Positions 22,321 through 34,636 of a stretch of DNA of 64,000 bases are shown piece by piece. The translations under genes and the position numbers were made by a program. The DNA is from Pelagomonas calceolata (taxonomy: Eukaryota), in assembly GCA_918797485.1 (NCBI GenBank), contig CAKKNE010000001.1, positions 62,001 to 126,000 on the forward strand, in the 5' to 3' direction. How positions within the stretch are numbered: the first letter of the stretch is position 1; each line of letters opens with the position of its first letter. The notes beneath the pieces were generated by a model. That model was not told the DNA's origin and searched no databases. It was given only the letters and a program-made list of their open reading frames with translations.

Positions 22321-25114
22321 ATGACGACCAACGTCGCCGACGACGAGGCCGCGCGGCTCGCGGCCCTCATCGGCGACTCGGACTCCGCCGATTCCGCGGA
22401 CGAGGCCGCCGAGCCCCCGCCTCGGGACGCCGGCCGCGCGCCGACGCCCGAGCCCGAGACGGACGGCGAGGAGCGCGCGCCGAGCGCATTCCTATTCGGC
22501 GAGCTCTGCCGCGTCCGCGAGCGGGCTGCGAAGTCCGAGGTCGAGGCCCAGGCCCTCGAGCGCAAGCTCTCCATGGCCGAAGAATTACGGAGCGTCGACG
22601 TCGCGCGGGCCCGCGCCGCGTCGTCGCGCGCGCTCGCGGAGGCGCTCGCGGCGCTCCGGCGCCGGGCGGCGCGCGACGGCGGCGACGACGGCGCCGACGC
22701 GGACGCCGCCGCGGAGCGCGACGAGGCGCAGACGTGGGACCGGCGCGCCGAGGGCTGGGCCTACGAGCGGAACCAGCGCCTCGCGCGGCTCGAGGCGGCC
22801 TGCGACGAGGCGCGGCGGGCCTGGCGCGGCGAGCCCTACCGGAACGGCGACGGCGTGGCGCGCCGCGTCGTCGCCGCCGTCGAGGCGTGCCTCGCGCACC
22901 GCGCGGCCGCGGGCTACGCGGCGTTCCTGCTCGAGGTCCGACATGCGGTGTCCATGCGGCGCCTTCACCGTCGCGGCGATGGCGTGCTGGTGGGAGCGCG
23001 CTGCGTCGCGTTCCACGCCATCGCGGGGGAAGACGCCTCAAAAAAAACGCAGGCTGGGGCCGCGACGGCCGTCGCCGCGGCGCGCGCCAAGGACGGGCAG
23101 GCCGCGCGCGGCGCGCGCGAGGCCGCGATGCGGGCCGTCGCGCGCGCCCAGGACGCGCGCCTCGGGCGCTGGCTCGGCCGCGTCGGCTGGTAGTGCCCCG
23201 GCGTCTTGTCCTTCGTCCCGCCAATACGCCATCGCAGCGACTCGGACGCCATCGCCACGACTCGGACGCCATCGCCGCGACCCGGACGCCATCGCCGCGA
23301 CGGTCGTGCGCACAGGGGCCGCGGCCGCCTCGCGCTCATCGAACTGCTCAACGGCGGCGCGCTCGCCGCGAGCCTCGCGGCGCTCGCGGTGGAAGAAGAG
23401 CCGCAGCTCAAGCCGGCGGAGCACGCCGTCGCGCACTACGGCGCCGGGGCGTTGTTTGCTGATCCACGGTTCTGAGGCGGCGTCCTTGCACGTCTTCGAG
23501 TCGCGTCGATGGCGTCGACGGCCCGGCGACTGTCTCTTCGTTGCACGGCAGAGGGGTCTCTCGAATGCGCCGCAGAGCCGCGACTCGTCTCGATTCCCCT
23601 CGACGGACCGTTCGCGACCACGCCCACGCTACCGCCGCGCTGCCCCAAGCCACGACCACCGCAGGTGCGCCAAGCGCGCGTGCGCGGCACTGGCGGCGCT
23701 CGAGGCCGCCGGCGTCGAGTTCCGGCTCCGGCACGCGCGCGCGGCCCTCGAGCGGCTCGACGCGGCGGGCGCGCCGCCGGCCGCGGCTGCGCCCGAGCCG
23801 GGCGACGAAGACGACGACGACGCCGACTCCGTGGCGTCGGGCCCGTCGCGCGTCGCCGACCTCGGCGCGGGCTCGGTCCGCTTCGGTGCGCACGCGGCGG
23901 ACGCGTCGTCGCCTCGCACCGTTCCCGACGTCCCCGAGGACCCCTGGCCGTCGCCCCGTCTCGACCCGGCGTCTCGTCGTTTTTCCGCGGCGGCGTTCCT
24001 GCGATTCAAGTCGTACTCACACAGGGGCCCTCGCCGCGCTGCGCCGCGCGGGCGCGCGGTCCGCCGGCACGCTCGCGCTCGACGGTCCTTTGCGGCGTCC
24101 GCTTTTCAACTTCGAGGTGTTATCGCGCGGCTCCTGCCCTGCCTCCGCGGCGATACTCTGTCGAGCGCATCCTCGCTGCATGTAGCCCTCGGCTGCCCGG
24201 GCGCGACGGGTTCGCGGCGGGCGGAAAGGCCTAGAGACGACGCCATCGACGCGACCGCGAAACGCAGGCGAGGGCGCGCCCTGGCGGCGCTGCGTCGTGG
24301 AGCCCCGGGGCCTCGGCCAGTGGCTGCAAGCGGCCGACGAGGCCGGCGTCGCCGTCCGCGTGCGGCTCCGCGACGGCGCGGCCGAGCACGTCGTCGTCTG
24401 GCAGTGGCAGTCGAAGTCGCGGCGGCTCGCTTGTATTGCGCCGGCGTCTTGTCGTTTCCGCGGCGTCGTTCCTGGCCGATCCAGCGGGCGAGCCTGTGGG
24501 CGTGCTTGAGGCGGTGCCAATACGCCATCGCCGCGACCCACCGCCAAGACGCCATCGCCGCGACCCGGACCTACGCGCAGGGGCGCTCGAGGCCGGCGCC
24601 GGCGCCGTGCCGGCCGCGCCCGAGGTCTGGTCCAGTGTGGAAATCAACCAGCGACGCCATCGACGCGACGCCAATTCAGCCAGCACGGAAGACGGGGATT
24701 TCCACAAAGGTCTGGTCGGCGCCGGACCACGTCGCCGGCGCGGACCGCGACCTCGGCCCCGTCCGCGAGAGCTGGGCCGTCGTGCGCGGCGACGCCGACG
24801 TCGCGCTCGTCTGCCGCCTCGCGCCGCAGCGGCGGCCGCTCGTCCGCGCGCGGTCCGCGCGGTTCCGGGTGGCGGCCCTCGACGCGACGCGCTTCCACGC
24901 GCGGGGCCTCGCGGCGGCGGCGGCGTCGGCGTCGGACGCGGGCTGGCGCGTCGTCGACGGCGGGCGCGACGACGCGGCGTCGCACGCGGCGGCGAAGCAG
25001 CTGGCGAACGCGTCGGCGTTTCTGGACGTGGAGCGGGCGGTGGAACGGGTGTTTGGTTCTTCTTCTGCTTCTGCTGCTTCTGCTGAGGAGGGGCCTGGGT
25101 GGTTCGTGTTTTGA
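22321..25114 (+). CDS. Multi-exon coiled-coil + RUN domain protein, possible C-terminal PX-like domain
   Basis: VEACLAHR; GRGRLALIELLNGGALAASL..HYGAGALFADP..LAALEAAGVEFRL; ESWAVVRG..AFLDVE; several repeat-rich introns. Confidence 0.6.
24625..24717 (+). mobile_element. Introner (MITE-like intron) with 8-bp TSD GTCTGGTC
   Basis: TSD at 24625-24632 and 24710-24717; TIR GTGGAAATC/GATTTCCAC; intron 24625-24709 GT..AG. Confidence 0.88.
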
Positions 25115-25168
25115 CTTTGTTAGTGGCACTTGTGGACCATAAGAATATTAGTGCATGCTAGCTAGATA

Positions 25169-25855
25169 CTAGGGTTCCGCGGCCGCGCGGGCGTCGACGA
25201 GTTCGTCGAAGGCCGCTCGAAGCATCGGTTCGTAGGTCGTAGGGTAATAACCGAAGGAAGCCCAGTATACATCGGGCGATCCCAGCCCGTCGACGTACGC
25301 CATGATCTCCTCGGCAGTCCAAATGGGGTCGGGCATGGTGATGTGGGTGGATTTCCAGGCATTCGAGTTCGGGCTCGGGCGGAACTCGTCGGCGTCCGGG
25401 AAAACGTCCACGGCCACCAAGTTGCATTTGCAGACACGATGTTTATATTGCCAGGGCCGCAATTTTGCTATGATCTTCATCATGAGTGTTATGTATCTAC
25501 TCTCGTACATGCCCTGAGAAAAGCGCGGCCGGTCCAAGAGAGCGACCACCAGGCACGTCGCATCGGGTTCTGTGTAGTAGAGCAGCGAGGGGTTGCCCAC
25601 GACGTCGGCCAACGACTCCTCTTCCGGCCGGCCCCACCAGGTGCCGGGGCCTAGCGGCTCCTCGGGGCGGCCTTCGAGGTGCTCGTGCGTCCAGTGCGGC
25701 AGGGTGGAGCCGTCCGTCGTATAATACCGCTCGCCTTTCTTGAAGACCTGGGACTCTCGGTGCCCGGGCACCCGCACAATTCCTTCCCAGTGAACGCCGC
25801 CCCTGGGGGCGGGCTGGAGGAGGGCGCCTGTAACTGCAGCTATCAAAGCGGCCAT
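25169..25855 (-). CDS. Hypothetical 228-aa protein with hydrophobic N-terminus
   Basis: Clean ORF with globular composition. Confidence 0.6.
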   Translation of the reverse strand: MAALIAAVTGALLQPAPRGGVHWEGIVRVPGHRESQVFKKGERYYTTDGSTLPHWTHEHLEGRPEEPLGPGTWWGRPEEESLADVVGNPSLLYYTEPDATCLVVALLDRPRFSQGMYESRYITLMMKIIAKLRPWQYKHRVCKCNLVAVDVFPDADEFRPSPNSNAWKSTHITMPDPIWTAEEIMAYVDGLGSPDVYWASFGYYPTTYEPMLRAAFDELVDARAAAEP

Positions 25856-26111
25856 TTCGCGGTGTTTTTTTCTTGTGTGACGCTACTTAGGTACGCGGCG
25901 TGGAACCCCTCGGGTCCTCAAAACGGCCGCGCGGTCCGTGCGCCGCGTGCGCCGCGACGCGCGAGAGAAAAAAAAATTTCTTTCAATAAAAACGGGTTTT
26001 ACGGGTCCATACTTGCCAGGGCTGGAAGGTGCGGGTAAGAGAGAGAGAGAGTCTGTGCGGGGAGGGGTTCGAGGCCTCGAGGCACGAAAGATTAAGTTCA
26101 CAGGTACAAGT

Positions 26112-28359
26112 TTATTGCCGCGGTGACCCTAGCTTCTCCGCGACCTTCTCGGCCCTCTTCTTCGCGCGTTTGATGGCCTTGTCCCTGTCCCCTCGACCAA
26201 GAAGAGCAATCGGAAACACAGTTCCCCCGCGCTGATCCGCCGCCTCCTCGGCGCATTTTCCGCAGAAGATGTTCCGTTCTTGCGGCCGGCCCTCGTTGAG
26301 CAGATCGTACTCGGCCCCGATCGCCGCTTCGTCAACGCTACCGCCGACGTCGCCGAGCGCGAAGCTCGCCAAACAACCGAACCCGTCGTTTCTGAGACAG
26401 AAGGAATCGGGGTCGCCGCGGCCGCCGGGGCCGCAGCACAGTACGCTCGCCCCATGCATGTTAAACATAAACCACCCGACGGTCTCTGCATGAGCCCTCC
26501 CACAGTCTCCGCACAGCCAGGCCGTCCTCGTCTCCCGCAGGCCCCGGATAAGCCGAGCCACCGCCGTCGGCCGGTCCTCACCCGTGACGTTCGTAAATGC
26601 GACGCCGTAATACGGTCGTGCGCCGACTCCGGGGGTCCGCTCGGCCAAGCACTTGCCGTTGACACCGCCGCATTGATTCCTAGCTAAATGAGAGAGTTCG
26701 ACCGAGAACGCCACGTCCGCGTGGTTCACACACCACACGCGGGCCTCCTGTGCCGAAGCGCCGAAGACCTCCTGCAACATCGCCGAGCAAAGCATGCCAG
26801 CCGCCTGGCGCGGCGCATAGGCCGCTCTGTGGTCCTCGCCAAACACCATCTGGTTGTGCCGTGGTGGCTCCGACTTCGACCACCGCCGCTTCTCCTTCTT
26901 CTTGGGGGGCGGCGCCTCGACGGGCGGCGTCGGCGCGGCGGGCGGCGTCGGCGCGGCGGGCGGCGTCGCCTCGGCGGGCGGCGCCTCGGCGGGGGCGGCG
27001 TCGGCGCGGGGGGCCGCGTCGCCGCGGCGGGCGCCAGCGGCGCGGCGGCCGGCGCCGGCGGCGCCGCGGGCGGCGTCGGCGCGGCGGGCGGCGTCGCCTC
27101 GGCGGGCGGCGTCGGCGCGGCGGGCGAAGCGGGAGGCCGCGCGGCCGGCACCGCGACGCGCCGCGCCATGGGCGATGGCGCGGGCGGCACAGCAGCTGGC
27201 ACGGGCGTCACCGCGACGGGCGGCTCCGCGGCCGCCCTCGCCGCCGCCCACGCCGCTTGGGCCGCCTGCCACTGTTGGGAACCTGTGTGCAATAACCAGT
27301 GAGTTCGCAAACCGGAGTCGGGCCGTGAGATTCGCCACACTGGTCCGTGCCGTTCGAGACGTTGTCCCATTGCAACGCTTGATCTGCCGGATACTCGCCC
27401 TCATTGTGAGGGTCTAACTCGTGACCGGGCCCTTCTGTCCCTTGCTCGTCGTCCTCCGTCCGCGCGCGCTTTGCACCGTCGTCGCCCGCGGACTCGGTGT
27501 TGCGCATGCTCGAGGGGTGAGGTTTGCTGCCGAGGTTGGTGACCGTCACGCGCCGCGGCGGAGCCTTTTTTTTAGCTAAATTCAGGAGCGCCGGGGACCA
27601 GGCCTTGCGTACAGGCTTGCTCCGACCTAGCGCGTAGTTTGAAAGGTGCGTGCCATTGATCCGCAAAGCCTTGATCATCCCGGGCATGTGCTCCAGGTCC
27701 GCCTTCGGTGGCGTCGTTAGCGGCTCCGTGGGCTCGCCGCGCGGGCCGCGCTGGCTGCTTGACGTGGGCGCACTGTCTTCGACAGCCCATCCCTCCCATC
27801 CCTCGAGCCGCGCGATGAGCTCGTCCTTCGTGCCGGAGACCTTGAGGCCCTTGGCCTCGCACTTGGCCTTGAGCTGCGCTACGGTCAGCCCCTCAAGCAT
27901 CGTGCCTGTCGGCACGGGCCGGCAGACCGCAGGCTCGTCGTCGTCGACGTCCATCCCCGCGGCCCGCGTCGGCGTGCTCGCGGCGCGCGCGGCGGCGAAG
28001 GTGGGCGAAGGCGACGGCGAAGGCGACACAACCTGCAGCACGGGCGGCTCGGGCAGGGCGCGCTGCGGCTGCGACGGCTGGCGCGGCGGCGGCAGCGCCG
28101 GCTGCGGCGCGCGCGGCGCGGGCGCCTTGTTGCGCTTCTTGCGCGCCACCTTCCTCGGCACGCACTCGAGGGCGGCCTCCTCGTCCTGCGCCGGCGCGCA
28201 CTCGAGGGCGGCCTCCTCGTCCTGCGCCGGCGCGTCCTCGCCGGAGTCGTCGTCGCCTTCACACGTGCACCATTTCTGAGGGTAGCCGCAGCGACCGCAA
28301 GCTATCTGGTCGCCCGTCCGCTCGCTCTTGACGCGATTCATTTCGTCCCAGAAACTCAT
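26112..28359 (-). CDS. SAP-domain protein with Pro/Ala linker and Cys-rich C-terminal domain (frameshifted)
   Basis: CGRCGYPQKWCTC; LEGLTVAQLKAKCEAKGLKVSGTKDELIARL (SAP); WLCGDCG..IFCGKC. Confidence 0.6.
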
Positions 28360-28626
28360 TGTGCAGGGGGCTGCTACCACGCGCACGGGGCCGCCTCTGG
28401 TGCAAGCGCCAGGCTCTGAGCAACGCGGTCCTTGGCGGCCTCCGCGAACGTAACAGCTACTGCAATAACGGCAGTATACGCAGCACTGGCGGGCCGATTT
28501 TTGGTTGCTGGCTAGTGTCTCACAACTCTAGCTGGAGTCGTGCGCCGAACGCGAACGGACAGGCCGGCGGAGGCCGGCTGGCCGCCCTCGGATAAATTAC
28601 ATTACTATACGCACACCTTAGTACTA

Positions 28627-30028
28627 CAGGAGACCACGGGCGCATAGCGCGCTCGGTTCGTGCGCGTCACATTGGGAAGGACACGGCGGCGTCGTCTCCT
28701 CGACGTAAGCCCGCTTCTTTGGCCGGACGGTCGTCGTCCGCGAGCGCGCCGTGGGCGAGTCCGTGCGAGGCAGCCCGCGAGGAACGCCGCCGCGACGCCG
28801 GCACCCACAGCATCAGCATGTCTCTCTTGACCCCGAGGGCAACATGGGCGCGCCGATCGGCGCTCGCCGCGCCCAGACGACCCGCGCTCCCACGAGCATA
28901 CCGCCCGCCACGACAGCTCCGCACGCGACGCGGTGCCAGTCAGCGCGTCGGCAGCAGAGCGCGTCGGCCATCGACCGCAAGCCGAGGCGTTTGGCGAGCG
29001 GCGCGGCGTCGGCGTCGTCGGCGCGCACTAGCACGCGCAGCTCGCCCGCCGACGTCCAGACAATCACCGCGGGCGACGCTGTCGCGGCGGCGGCTCGCGC
29101 GCGGCGCGCGCCGACCGTCAGCGCTTCCGTAGCGGCCACAAGGACTCCACGACGCGGCGCCGCCAGGGCGCGCCCTCGGCGCCAGCGTGTCGACGGACCG
29201 CGCGCCCGCGCGCCGCAGCGCGGCGAGGGCCCCTGTGTGAGTACGACTGTCGCGCCGATGATGGCGTCCGGGTCGCGGCGATGGCGTATCGATGCGGTAG
29301 AGGACGGGCCGTGGGCTCCAGGCTTTGCAATGGGCAGCGCCTCAAGCACGTCCACGGGCCCGCCCGCGGGATCAGCCGTAGGCGGCGGCCCTGGGGTCGC
29401 TCGGTCGTAGGAACGCCGCGCAAACGACAAGGCCGTAGTGGCGTGAAGGCACGGCGGCGGACACCGAACATGTACGGGGCGACGGCCAGGGATCTTCGGG
29501 GACGTCCGCCGGCGCGCTCGGGGCTGGAACGGTGCGAGGCGACGACGTCCGCCGCGTGCCCGCTTGCCGGGGGCCGCACGTCGATCGCGTCGACGGCGAA
29601 GACGTCGACCGCGCCTCGGACGCGTGGCGCCGGCCGACCGGACCGAGCCCGCGCCTAGGTCGGCGACGCGCGACGGCCCCGACGCCACGAAGTCGGCGGC
29701 GTCGTCGTTGACGACGACCGGATCGGGAGCGACCGTGACGGCGGCCGCATTCACGTCGTCGGCGCCGGGGGCCGCGTAGTAGGCAGCGGCGTCGGCCGCG
29801 CCCATGCACATGACGTCGAGGGGAAAGGTCCCGTTGACCGCGTGGTGCGCGACGTCCAGCCGAGTCGTGAGTAGAATCGCGACGAAGGCCGCCCACCGCT
29901 ACGCTCCCGAGGGCGCCGGCCGCGACGCCGACGGCGGCCAGCGCGTGCGACTTCGGCGCGGGCGGCGTGGCGGTGGTCAGGGCGCGGCGTGTAGTGGTGG
30001 AGCCGCTGGCGAGGGAGCGGGGCCGCAT
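28627..30028 (-). pseudogene. Mosaic of fragments from neighbouring genes
   Basis: TauE-like 5' end, RUN-gene exon and intron pieces, and the 3' end of the 17108 gene. Confidence 0.8.
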
Positions 30029-31115
30029 GGTCGATCTCTTTGGGTGCTATACGTGCGCGCGCGCTCGGCGGATGTGCTGCAATGCGGCAGCCCTTGGGCA
30101 AGGCCGGTGAAATGCCGCCCTTTCGAGAAGAGCAAGCTTCTGCAGCGCTTTGCGACGGGCCCGAGGGATACGTCGGGCAGCGATGCGGGTCCCCGTGCGA
30201 CACGTGTGGGTGCAGCGGCGCCGCTCTCGTACACATATGTGACATGGTCCGGAGATGACATGGGTCCGGAGATGGTGTCCGGGAAACGCGTCGACGCCGT
30301 CGTTCGCTATTAGATACGTGGAACTACCTAGTTAATAAGACGGGTCCTGGCACCGAGCGCGCGGCCACCTGCGTCGGTCCGCCGCGCCGACGGCGTCGAG
30401 GGCATTCGCACGGCAGGCCACGTCGCCATGACCGCGAGTGCGAGGGCGCCGAGCGAAGCGGGGGCGCCGCCGACGCCGAGGGCGAGGGCGGCACGAGCAG
30501 TTCTCCGCGTGCCGGTCGCCGCGACAGCTCCGCACGCGACGCCCTCCCACAGCTACGCCAGCGTCGTACGCGCGCGCGCCGCTCGCCCAAGCTGGCGCCG
30601 CGACGCGCGCGCCGCTCCATAAACACGGCGCTCAAGGGCAGCGCCCAACAGCACCGGAATCACTGCAGCGCCGTCGACACGCGCGCTGCAGCCTCAAGCG
30701 CCAGTGTCCTCGTACGATGCCGCACCACCATCCCGCCGCAGCGCCGCCCCCACGTCGCTCTCCGCGTCCCGCACGGCGCCGTAGCACCCCCAAAAAGCCC
30801 AAATTTTGGATGACAGCGTCCCAAGCCAAAACCACGAAGCGCCCACCGTGCCGCTGCCTTGTTTGCGCGACGCAGCACCCGTGGGCAGCGGTATGAAGTT
30901 CCAGTACAATGCAGGCAGCCCCACAGACCCCAGACGCCGCGCGCCAACGTGCAAACGCGGAAAAAACCCCATTAACGTAATATATAGAGTAAAAAAATAA
31001 TTTATTCAATTAAAAGAGCACAGGGCCCCGACGGCGCGTCGACGGCGCACGGGGCCGGCCCGCCCGCCTTAATAGAAGTTGTTGGGCGAGCGTAGGCACG
31101 GCCTGGCTCAAAATG

Positions 31116-31425
31116 AGTACGAGTTCTCGACGCTGCGCGCGACCGTTTCGTCGAAAACGGGCCAAGCTGTACTGTGGCACGTCGACGGCGTACTGCGAGG
31201 GCCGCCCCGCGTGGCCCGCGTGCCTCGGCGGCGTCTCACTCAAAGCCAAGCGGACAACAAGTACGAGTCCTCGACGCGGTGCGGAAGTACGGAAACGGGC
31301 CAAGCTGTACTGCGGCACGTCGACGGCGTACTGCGAGGGCCGCCCCGCGTGGCCCGTGTGCCTCGGCGGCGCCTCGGCGGAGTCTTGCTAAGGCCAGGCT
31401 GACAATCAGTACGAACTCAGCGCCG
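31116..31425. repeat. About 140-bp tandem repeat, two copies plus a partial third
   Basis: aaacgggccaagctgtactg..cacgtcgacggcgtactgcgagggccgccccgcgtggcccg at 31155 and 31293. Confidence 0.9.
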
Positions 31426-32443
31426 GCGTCGACGCGCCAACTTCGCCAAGCCCCCAGCCCCCAACACTCAGTGCACCACGACGACTGCTACTGCTAAGAA
31501 CCTTCCGCCTAGCGGTGGCGGCGACCGGGTGTCGCCACGTACGGTGATGGCCATGAAAAGTACTGCGAACCCCCTATCTAGTACCCTACTGTGTATAATC
31601 ACCATTTTTGTGCAACCCATTATACCTAATACTTTTCCCAAGGCGAAATGCACGTCCAAATTGGCACTTTTTGGCCCTCTGCAGCTGCGTACCGTGCTGC
31701 AGCGCGCAGCCAGGCTCCCAGGGCAGCTGCCAAGCAGCAGCAGCGGCAGCTGGAGGCAACGTGCCACTTCGACACTCCACTTCCGATTTGGTGCATGAAG
31801 TTGCCCCTGGCCCCTTGCCCGTCACATGAACGCGAAATGCAGGTGCGGGCGGGCTCCGGTGCTCATTGGAACTCGCATGGCAAATTCGATTTTAGGCTAG
31901 GCAAGGTGCAGCTCGCGTGCGCACCGTCGTGCGCGCAGGCGCCTGGTTCTCGCTGCATCGACGCGCAGCCGACGGCCGCCGTGGCGCCTTTAGCTCGACG
32001 GCACTTAGGTTGACGCTCCACACCGGCGTACGGCGGCTGCGTGGACGCCGAGCAGGCGTGGCAGCGCGCTGCACGCGCACTCTGCTTCCAAGTCCGCAAA
32101 TTCCACTCCCCGGGCGGTGGACGGACCGCTACTAGAGGCGCTAAGTTGTTTACGTGGAATTGGAGCTCCCTCGCTACTTCTGTCGTGCCGCCGAGTCGGC
32201 GTGGCCTCGATCGGGCCGAGGTGACGTCGCATGTGCCTCTAGACCTGCAAAAATAAGTTAGTGGCGGGTCTTCGCCCATTTCCGCTGCCTGCGTACAGGC
32301 GAAGTTGTTCTTCAGGACAGTTAGATAGCCCGCTGCCGAGCGCTGCCTCGAACAGACCACGTTGAGTTGAAATTCGTGTCCACACCCGTCCATACCCTGT
32401 ATCGCGGCTCATCGGGGGCCCAAGACCAGCGACACGAGGTTAA

Positions 32444-32782
32444 CGCGTACGTTTTCACGACGCCGCGGGGTCGTCTTGACGTCGCGTTCAGAACGAGGCC
32501 AACGTCAAGCCCATTTCCCATCGACGCGGTTCCCCGCTTTACGCCGCTTTCCAGGAGGCCCGGGGCGCGCTCAGGCGAGGTCACGCGTCCAACGCGTACT
32601 AGATCGCGACGCCGCGAGGTCGTCTCGATGTCGCGCACTGAACGGGGCCAACACTGGAGCCGTTTCGAGTTCTCTCCTTATTCCGCTTTAAGGGACCTTT
32701 GATCGGGACCTGGACTACTACTAGGCAAGATGACGCCGCCATCGCGTACCGTTTAACGACGCCACGGGGTCGTCTCGACGGC
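32444..32782. repeat. Three degenerate direct repeats about 150 bp apart
   Basis: cgacgccrcgrggtcgtctygayg near 32458, 32607 and 32757. Confidence 0.75.
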
Positions 32783-34636
32783 GCCGGCGAATACGGGCGA
32801 TGCTGGGCGGCGCCGCGTCGATGGCGCGCAGGGAGGGCCGCCGCTCATAGCCCGCCCTCGGCAAGGTCGGCACACATCAGCGTGTCCGTACGGCGGCCGA
32901 CGTTGGCGTCGGCGGGCCCGGCTCGGAGCGCGGCGGATTCGAAAGGAAAGACAATGCCCTCCACGTGCGCCGTTCCGCCAACGGAGCGCCGAGGGACGGA
33001 ATGCGCACCCTTAACTTCGGCGCGGCTCGACGGCGCTCTCTGAGTAGGCGTTGCCTTCGGCGGGCTCGGTCGGCCGCGCGCGGCGGATCCGCAAGCAAAG
33101 CCAGGCTCCAGGCGCTCCAAGCCAACAATCAAGTCTCGAGTCTCCGCCTTGGCGGTCTCTAGCCTCAACGCACCTCACCGTGTCCGCACAGGTACGATTA
33201 GTTGCGATTGAGATAGAATTTTACTACTAATCTTACTTCTCTACATTATTTTTGGTAGGAAGCTGCGGCCGACTTTTTGTTCTCCTGAAAAAACACAGTG
33301 CTGCAGGCTCATCGTACTCGCAGACCCAACCGGCGCTGCCATAAAGGCCAAGGCACCTGCCCTGCGCTCTTTTGCTGCTCTGCTGCTGCTCGCTGAGCTT
33401 CAGCTGCAGGCTGCCCGTGGCCGGCGGCGCCTCGCCTGCTCGGCGCCGTGATGGAGAGACGCGCGCGACACGCGAGCAGGCCGCGGACAGCCGCAGCGCG
33501 AGCGCCGCAGCTCGCACGTCTTGAAACGAATGAGCTCGCGAGCGCGCCGACGACGCGCACGGCGACGGGAGGGTGCTACGTCGGCGCCAGGCGCGTCGGA
33601 GAATTTTATGTTGATGCCTGCCCCTTGGGGTGGTCGTTGTTCTTGGCTACGCGCGTGTATGTCCTGCTCGCGGGCTCACAGCGTGTCCGTGATCCACCCA
33701 AAAATGGCTGAGAATGGCTGTAACTCCTTCAAAGCGGTGCGCTCGTTTGTCTCGACGTGTCTGAGAGCAAAAAAAAGAGAGATCAGACAGGCAGGAATAC
33801 AAGTCGCTGTAGATAGCACTGACCACTATACTAACGAGGACGTCGTATTGAGCTCCCCGAGCCCTCGCATGCGTGAAAACACGTCTGCGTTCAGGGAATT
33901 GAACCGGAACCAGCAGTCCTTTGAGGACAGCTACTGGTCTCCTGCGTAACCTGGATCTCTGGTTGCACTTCTGTGAGCGCTGGTTTCCCGATGAGCGCAG
34001 CGCTTTTGAATCATTCTCTTCCGGAGGCCAAAAGCTGCTGCTGGTGCTCCGTCGCAGGCCACGCGCTGCGAGTGGCCACCACGGTCAGGGATGCAGTATT
34101 GAGAGCCCGCCTGAGTTCCGAAGTCGGACAGACGCCCTGGCAAGCGTCGCGGCGCACCAAAGATGATGGAGCATCAGTAGCAGGCTCTTTATCTCAAAAG
34201 GCCGGCGTCGCCACCGCCGCACTGATGCGAGGGTGCCAGATCCGCTTGCGGGACAGGGCGTCACGCGAGACGCCGCCGCGACACGTCGGAGAGCATTGAG
34301 CTGCAGCCGCGAGTCCGCGACCGCAGCCGGTCCGGCCGCTCTCGACGCGCAGCGCGAAGACCTCGAGCTTCAACACGGGCGGTCGCGGAAGCAAGATGTT
34401 TTGCTGAATCGCGTCGATGGCGTAAAATCGCGGCGATGGCGTGCTGGTGGGGTAGAAGTCCCTGGAGACGAATGTCGCGCACCGCGTGGTCGGCGCGGGT
34501 GCTGGTGCGTCACCCGCTACGAAAAGTCAGTAGGGGGCGCTCATGGTCGGCGGGCGGTCGCGCGCCGCGGTTGGCCGGCAAGTCGAACGCGGCGCCCGGA
34601 ATCGCCAGAGGTAATTCTAAAATATACATATATCAA

